Source: Alphaproteobacteria bacterium
GTDB taxonomy: Bacteria; Pseudomonadota; Alphaproteobacteria; UBA828
DNA length: 64,000 nt
Assembly (NCBI GenBank): GCA_963422645.2
Contig: CAXXVO010000004.1
Coordinates: 448,001 to 512,000 of the forward strand
Direction: 5' to 3'
Shown here: positions 60,131-64,000 of the stretch, piece by piece
How positions within the stretch are numbered: the first letter of the stretch is position 1
Layout: every line of letters begins with the position of its first letter
Notes under the pieces: generated by a model
What the model was told of the DNA's origin: nothing
Seen by the model: only the letters and a program-made list of their open reading frames with translations
Databases searched by the model: none
Made by a program: the position numbers and the translations under genes

Positions 60131-61258
60131 TCAGCTACCGTCGGGCACCATGCCCTCGAGCGCGGAATAGACGTCCAGCTCGGGCACTTCGGAATGCCAC
60201 ACGTCGATGAAGTAGTTGGAGGGCGCGACGGAGAGCGGCACCGCATTGCAGGACCACTCCTTGGCGGTGAGCTCGGCCTTGTCCGCCGTGTCGCAGAGCT
60301 CCGTCTGCCCCGGCGTGACCAGGGGCATCGGGATCTCGTGGACGCGCGGAATCACGGCGCCGTCGAACTTCGCCATCGCGAGCTTGAAGGCAAAGGGCGC
60401 GGCCCAGGGCGGCGAGCCCATGGAGGCGCTGCGCAGCCCGTAGGCGCCCTCGGTCGTTCCCGGCGCGAGCTGGGCCACGCGGTGACCGTTGGTGCCGTTG
60501 CCCGCGCAGGGCTTGAGCTGATCGCCCCGGCCCTCGTCCACCTGCATCTGGGTGAAGACGTAGCAGCCCGTCTGGGTCCACAGCCCGTCGATCTTGTCCC
60601 AACCGTGGGTCGCCACGATCTCGGTGAGCTTCTGCTTCGCTGTGGCGTTGTTCCACATGCTCGGCGTGTCGGCGATGATCGTGATGTCGGTGAAATCGGC
60701 GAACACCGCCTTGGCCGCGGAATTCCGCCGCAGGTCGACCATGTTGCCGGGGATGCCACCCATGAAGACGATGTTGCCCTTGCCGCCAAGCTCCTCTGCC
60801 AGCCATTCGGCCGGCCCCGCGCCGGCCCAATCCTGATTGATGCCGACGTGATGGGCGCAAGGCTCGGTGACCTGGGCGTCGAAGGTGATGAAGATCACGT
60901 CCCGCCGGCACGCGTTACGGATCGCGCGGTTGAGCGCCGTCGGCGAGATTGCCCACGCGACGATGACTTGCGCACCCGCCTGCACCATCGCGTTGATCTG
61001 CTGGATCTGGGTCTGCGCATTGCCGCGCGCGGACTGGATTTCGATATCCACCCGGTCCTTGTAGTCCATGGTCCCTGCTATCGAGCTCAGCAGGTTGGTG
61101 GACGCATCCATCCAGGTGTTGCCCTCGAAACCCAGGCTCACATAAACCTTGACCTTCTCATCCGCAGTGGCGGACCCCACCGGCGCCAAGCCGCCCGCGA
61201 GAAACGCCAGTGCCGCAGCCCCAAGCGCCGCATTGCGCAAGTATCTTCTCATTTCCAT
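60131..61258 (-). CDS. Sugar-type ABC transporter substrate-binding protein
   Basis: Signal peptide, periplasmic binding protein type 1 pattern; upstream of the ATPase and permease. Confidence 0.88.
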   Translation of the reverse strand: MEMRRYLRNAALGAAALAFLAGGLAPVGSATADEKVKVYVSLGFEGNTWMDASTNLLSSIAGTMDYKDRVDIEIQSARGNAQTQIQQINAMVQAGAQVIVAWAISPTALNRAIRNACRRDVIFITFDAQVTEPCAHHVGINQDWAGAGPAEWLAEELGGKGNIVFMGGIPGNMVDLRRNSAAKAVFADFTDITIIADTPSMWNNATAKQKLTEIVATHGWDKIDGLWTQTGCYVFTQMQVDEGRGDQLKPCAGNGTNGHRVAQLAPGTTEGAYGLRSASMGSPPWAAPFAFKLAMAKFDGAVIPRVHEIPMPLVTPGQTELCDTADKAELTAKEWSCNAVPLSVAPSNYFIDVWHSEVPELDVYSALEGMVPDGS

Positions 61259-61414
61259 AGCCTCCCCTTTGTTCTTGCCGGCCGAACGTCTTTTTCTGGC
61301 CCGTCAGTGGGCGCGCCTGGAATGCCAGCAGCGCCATCTTAGGCGGTGCATTCTCATCGGGACAAGCGGGGGAGGGTGCCGGCCGCGCTGGGCCCGGGAG
61401 TATCGCGGCAGCCG

Positions 61415-61933
61415 TCAGAACGGTTGCGTGAGCATCGGGAAGCTTTGGCCGCAGTTCGTGAGATCGACCCGCTTGAGGCGGATGCGTAGCCGATCGTCTT
61501 CCTGAACGATGGTGTGGGAATAGCGGCCGCCGAAGACGCGCTGCGGGTTGCCGGGGCGATCCTCCACCATCACGAATTTCGAGCGCACGACCCAGCCGCC
61601 CTCCGCAGCCACCTCGGCCAGTCTCACGCCCGAGATCACGCGCACGCAGCTGGACGGTGGGCTCTGGCAGTGAATTCGGGGGTGGTTGAGCCGCTGGACG
61701 CGGACCCGCATCGTGTGTTTGTCGTCGTAGAAGAGCGATACGTGGTCGCGCCAGTTCTCCTGCTCCGGGCTGGCGGGCACCCAGTAGGTTGCGTCCTCGG
61801 TGTAGAGGTCGCACCACTCGTCGAAGCGCCGGTCGTCCAGCAGCTCCGCTTCATGCTCGAGAGAGTGCCGCAGCTCCTCGAGGCGCAGGGTGTTGGACCC
61901 CGCGACGGCGCGGGCGTCGGCGGTGACGCTCAT
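61415..61933 (-). CDS. Aromatic ring-hydroxylating oxygenase beta subunit
   Basis: EAELLDDRRFDEW, YWVP, KRVDLTN. Confidence 0.92.
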   Translation of the reverse strand: MSVTADARAVAGSNTLRLEELRHSLEHEAELLDDRRFDEWCDLYTEDATYWVPASPEQENWRDHVSLFYDDKHTMRVRVQRLNHPRIHCQSPPSSCVRVISGVRLAEVAAEGGWVVRSKFVMVEDRPGNPQRVFGGRYSHTIVQEDDRLRIRLKRVDLTNCGQSFPMLTQPF

Positions 61934-63213
61934 GCGCCCATCAGGTCGCGCCACGCCTCGTGCTGAGCGCGCTGGCCGACCTCGCTGGAACGGGGGCCGA
62001 AGAACACCCCGCTGCCCTCGTCGATTTCGGCACCGAGGCCGCGTGCGACGAGCACCCAGTCAGTGCCCTGGGTCTGCAATCCCTCCTGGCAGCGCTCGAA
62101 CGCCTCCATGTCGTCGGACTGGATGAAGGAGGCGGCAGCGTGGGTGATGTTCACGAAGCGCACGAGGTCGTCCGAGATGCTATCCGGCGCGCCCACGAGG
62201 CGGACCGGCCAGACCTCGACCTCCGTGAAGTCCACCGCCACCGGGCGGATCACCCGCACCGATGTCTGTGCCAGCAGGATGTCGGAGCTGGGGAAGAAGG
62301 TCATGCTGTGGCGCCGGTTCTTGAGGATGTCCGTCGTGCGCTCCTCGCCGTGGCGTGCCACCAGGATCTCCCGGTAGTCGTCCCAGTGCCCGCCGGACTG
62401 CTCCTTGTCGAAGAGCGATGCCTCGGAGCTGTGCCGGCTGTTGAGGCCGCGCACGCCGGTCTGTGCCACGATGGCTTCGCCGTTGGGGGCGAAGAACGCC
62501 GCATCACCGCCTTCGTCGCCGGCGCGGCGCTTGAACTGCCGGCCGTCGGGGCCGACGGTGGACGCGTGGCAAACGGCGGGATGGTACATGTCCGCCAGGT
62601 TCTCGAGCTGCAGCTTCCAGTTGCCGCGATAATGGTAACGGTGGCAACCGGCGTTGAGCGCCACTTCGCCCTCGGGCGAGCGGTCCACGAGCTCGTCGAT
62701 GCCACGCCGGGCTTCCGCGAGATAGTCGAGCAGCGGCTCTACGTCCGGATTGAACGAGGCGAACACGAAGCCGCGATAACTCTCCACCCGCGGCAGCTGC
62801 GCCATGCCGAACTGCGGGTCCGCCAGCGGCTCCTCGGGGAAGTCCCCACGCATCGGCACGCCGGCGAGCGCGCCGTTCGGCCGGAAGCTCCAGCCGTGAT
62901 ACATGCAGGTGAAGACCTTGGCGTTGCCGCGCTCGCTGTTGAGTACCTTGGCACCGCGGTGGCCGCAGCGGTTGAAGAGCACGCAAATGCCGTCGTTCTT
63001 GTGCCGGCTCAGCACCACCGGCTGGCGGGCAAGGTGAGTGCAGTAGTAGTCGCCGGGGTTCGGCACCAGACTCTCGTGGCCGACGTAAAGCCAGACCCGG
63101 CGAAAGATCTTCTCCATCTCGATCTCGAAGATCGCCAGGTCGGTGTAAATGGCGCGGTGCACCCGGTCGGGCTGCACCATCCCTCGCAACTCTTCGCGCG
63201 TGTAGCCGGCCAT
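61930..63213 (-). CDS. Rieske aromatic ring-hydroxylating oxygenase alpha subunit
   Basis: NRCGHRG...CMYHGW Rieske motif; ENLADMYHPAVCH mononuclear Fe site. Confidence 0.94.
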   Translation of the reverse strand: MAGYTREELRGMVQPDRVHRAIYTDLAIFEIEMEKIFRRVWLYVGHESLVPNPGDYYCTHLARQPVVLSRHKNDGICVLFNRCGHRGAKVLNSERGNAKVFTCMYHGWSFRPNGALAGVPMRGDFPEEPLADPQFGMAQLPRVESYRGFVFASFNPDVEPLLDYLAEARRGIDELVDRSPEGEVALNAGCHRYHYRGNWKLQLENLADMYHPAVCHASTVGPDGRQFKRRAGDEGGDAAFFAPNGEAIVAQTGVRGLNSRHSSEASLFDKEQSGGHWDDYREILVARHGEERTTDILKNRRHSMTFFPSSDILLAQTSVRVIRPVAVDFTEVEVWPVRLVGAPDSISDDLVRFVNITHAAASFIQSDDMEAFERCQEGLQTQGTDWVLVARGLGAEIDEGSGVFFGPRSSEVGQRAQHEAWRDLMGA

Positions 63214-63296
63214 GGTTCCCTCCGCCTGGTGCCGACGCGGGAGCATCTTAGACCGGGCATGGCGCTGCCGGGAGTCAGCCGTCGGCGCCGCGGGCC

Positions 63297-64000
63297 TCAG
63301 TCGCCGAGCAACGGACCCTGCGCCCTGCGTGCTTCGGCGAAATTGTCGGCGAGACGGTGTGCGGCGCGGTAGGCGAGGGCCGAGATCGTGCTCGTCGGGT
63401 TGATGGCCGCGCCGGTCGCCATAACGCTGCCGTCGGTGATGTAGAGGTTGGGGCAGTCCCAGGTCTGGTGCCACTTGGTGACGACGGAGGTCTCGGGCTC
63501 GGCCCCCATGCGCGCGGTGCCGAGCAGGTGCCAGGCTGGCGGCGCGTAGACGCCGTTCGCATCGCGGAAGGGATTGACCTTGATGTCCCAGGCGCCCATC
63601 GCGCCCGCCAGTTCCGCAGCCCGGTCGATGCCGAAGCGCGCGAGCCGCGCGTCGTTCTGGCACATGCCGTAGGCGATGCGCGGCGCCGGCAGCCCAGACG
63701 AATCGACCGCGCTATCGGATAGGGTGACCCGGTTGTCGGGCCGCGGCAGGTCGTCGCCCACGATGAGAATACCGATGCCGTGCCCGAAGTGCCTGACGAA
63801 CCAGTCGTGATGCGCCTCGCCCCACGGCGCCGCGTTGCCGGAGTGCGAGCCCAGCGCCTGATAGCCCGCGCCGTTTTGCCGCACGATGTGGAGCGTGAAG
63901 CCGTTGACGAAGCCGCGTGCCGTGTCGCTCTCCGCAAATTCCTCGCAGATCGCGATGGCGGAGATCAGGCCCTTGTGCGCCTCGGTTGGCGCGTCGACCC
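63297..64000 (-). CDS. GMC family oxidoreductase, C-terminal part (5' end beyond the window)
   Basis: DLPRPDNRVTL, HLLGTARMG, NLYITDGS, INPTST. Confidence 0.88.
   Translation of the reverse strand, partial: VDAPTEAHKGLISAIAICEEFAESDTARGFVNGFTLHIVRQNGAGYQALGSHSGNAAPWGEAHHDWFVRHFGHGIGILIVGDDLPRPDNRVTLSDSAVDSSGLPAPRIAYGMCQNDARLARFGIDRAAELAGAMGAWDIKVNPFRDANGVYAPPAWHLLGTARMGAEPETSVVTKWHQTWDCPNLYITDGSVMATGAAINPTSTISALAYRAAHRLADNFAEARRAQGPLLGD

Noticed and set aside
1-64000. CRISPR array, tRNA or rRNA genes
   Set aside because: No regularly spaced repeat-spacer array or recognisable structural RNA gene was seen; all long repeats are IS copies.

Overview
High-GC, probably alphaproteobacterial chromosomal window (inferred from the secB-fxsA / Tim44-mltA-smr synteny and alphaproteobacterial-type REP doublets). 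It mixes housekeeping genes with many amide, lactam and aromatic catabolic genes: N,N-dimethylformamidase dmfA1-dmfA2 plus a third small-subunit paralogue, dihydropyrimidinase, a urea/amide ABC transporter urtABCDE with amiE, pxpBCA, a Ser/Thr proline-racemase homologue, GMC oxidases, and a Rieske oxygenase with a sugar-type ABC transporter. The window is rich in apparently recent IS insertions: one IS4 element whose transposase is fused to a DUF4338/DruA-like domain (10-bp TSD), two copies of a 2512-bp unclassified IS (16-bp IR, 5-bp ANNNT TSD, shared frameshift) inside urtA and urtC, and three copies of an IS110-family element (a tandem pair in urtB and one after urtE). The most notable signal is in the IS110 5' non-coding end, which has two hairpin-containing loops whose arms match the reconstructed target sites (CRTTTTGTY) and the element's own end-to-end junction. 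This looks like a bridge/seek-type guide RNA whose specificity can be read from this window, and it carries an upstream segment able to sequester the donor guide. All family assignments come from motif recognition, not database searches.
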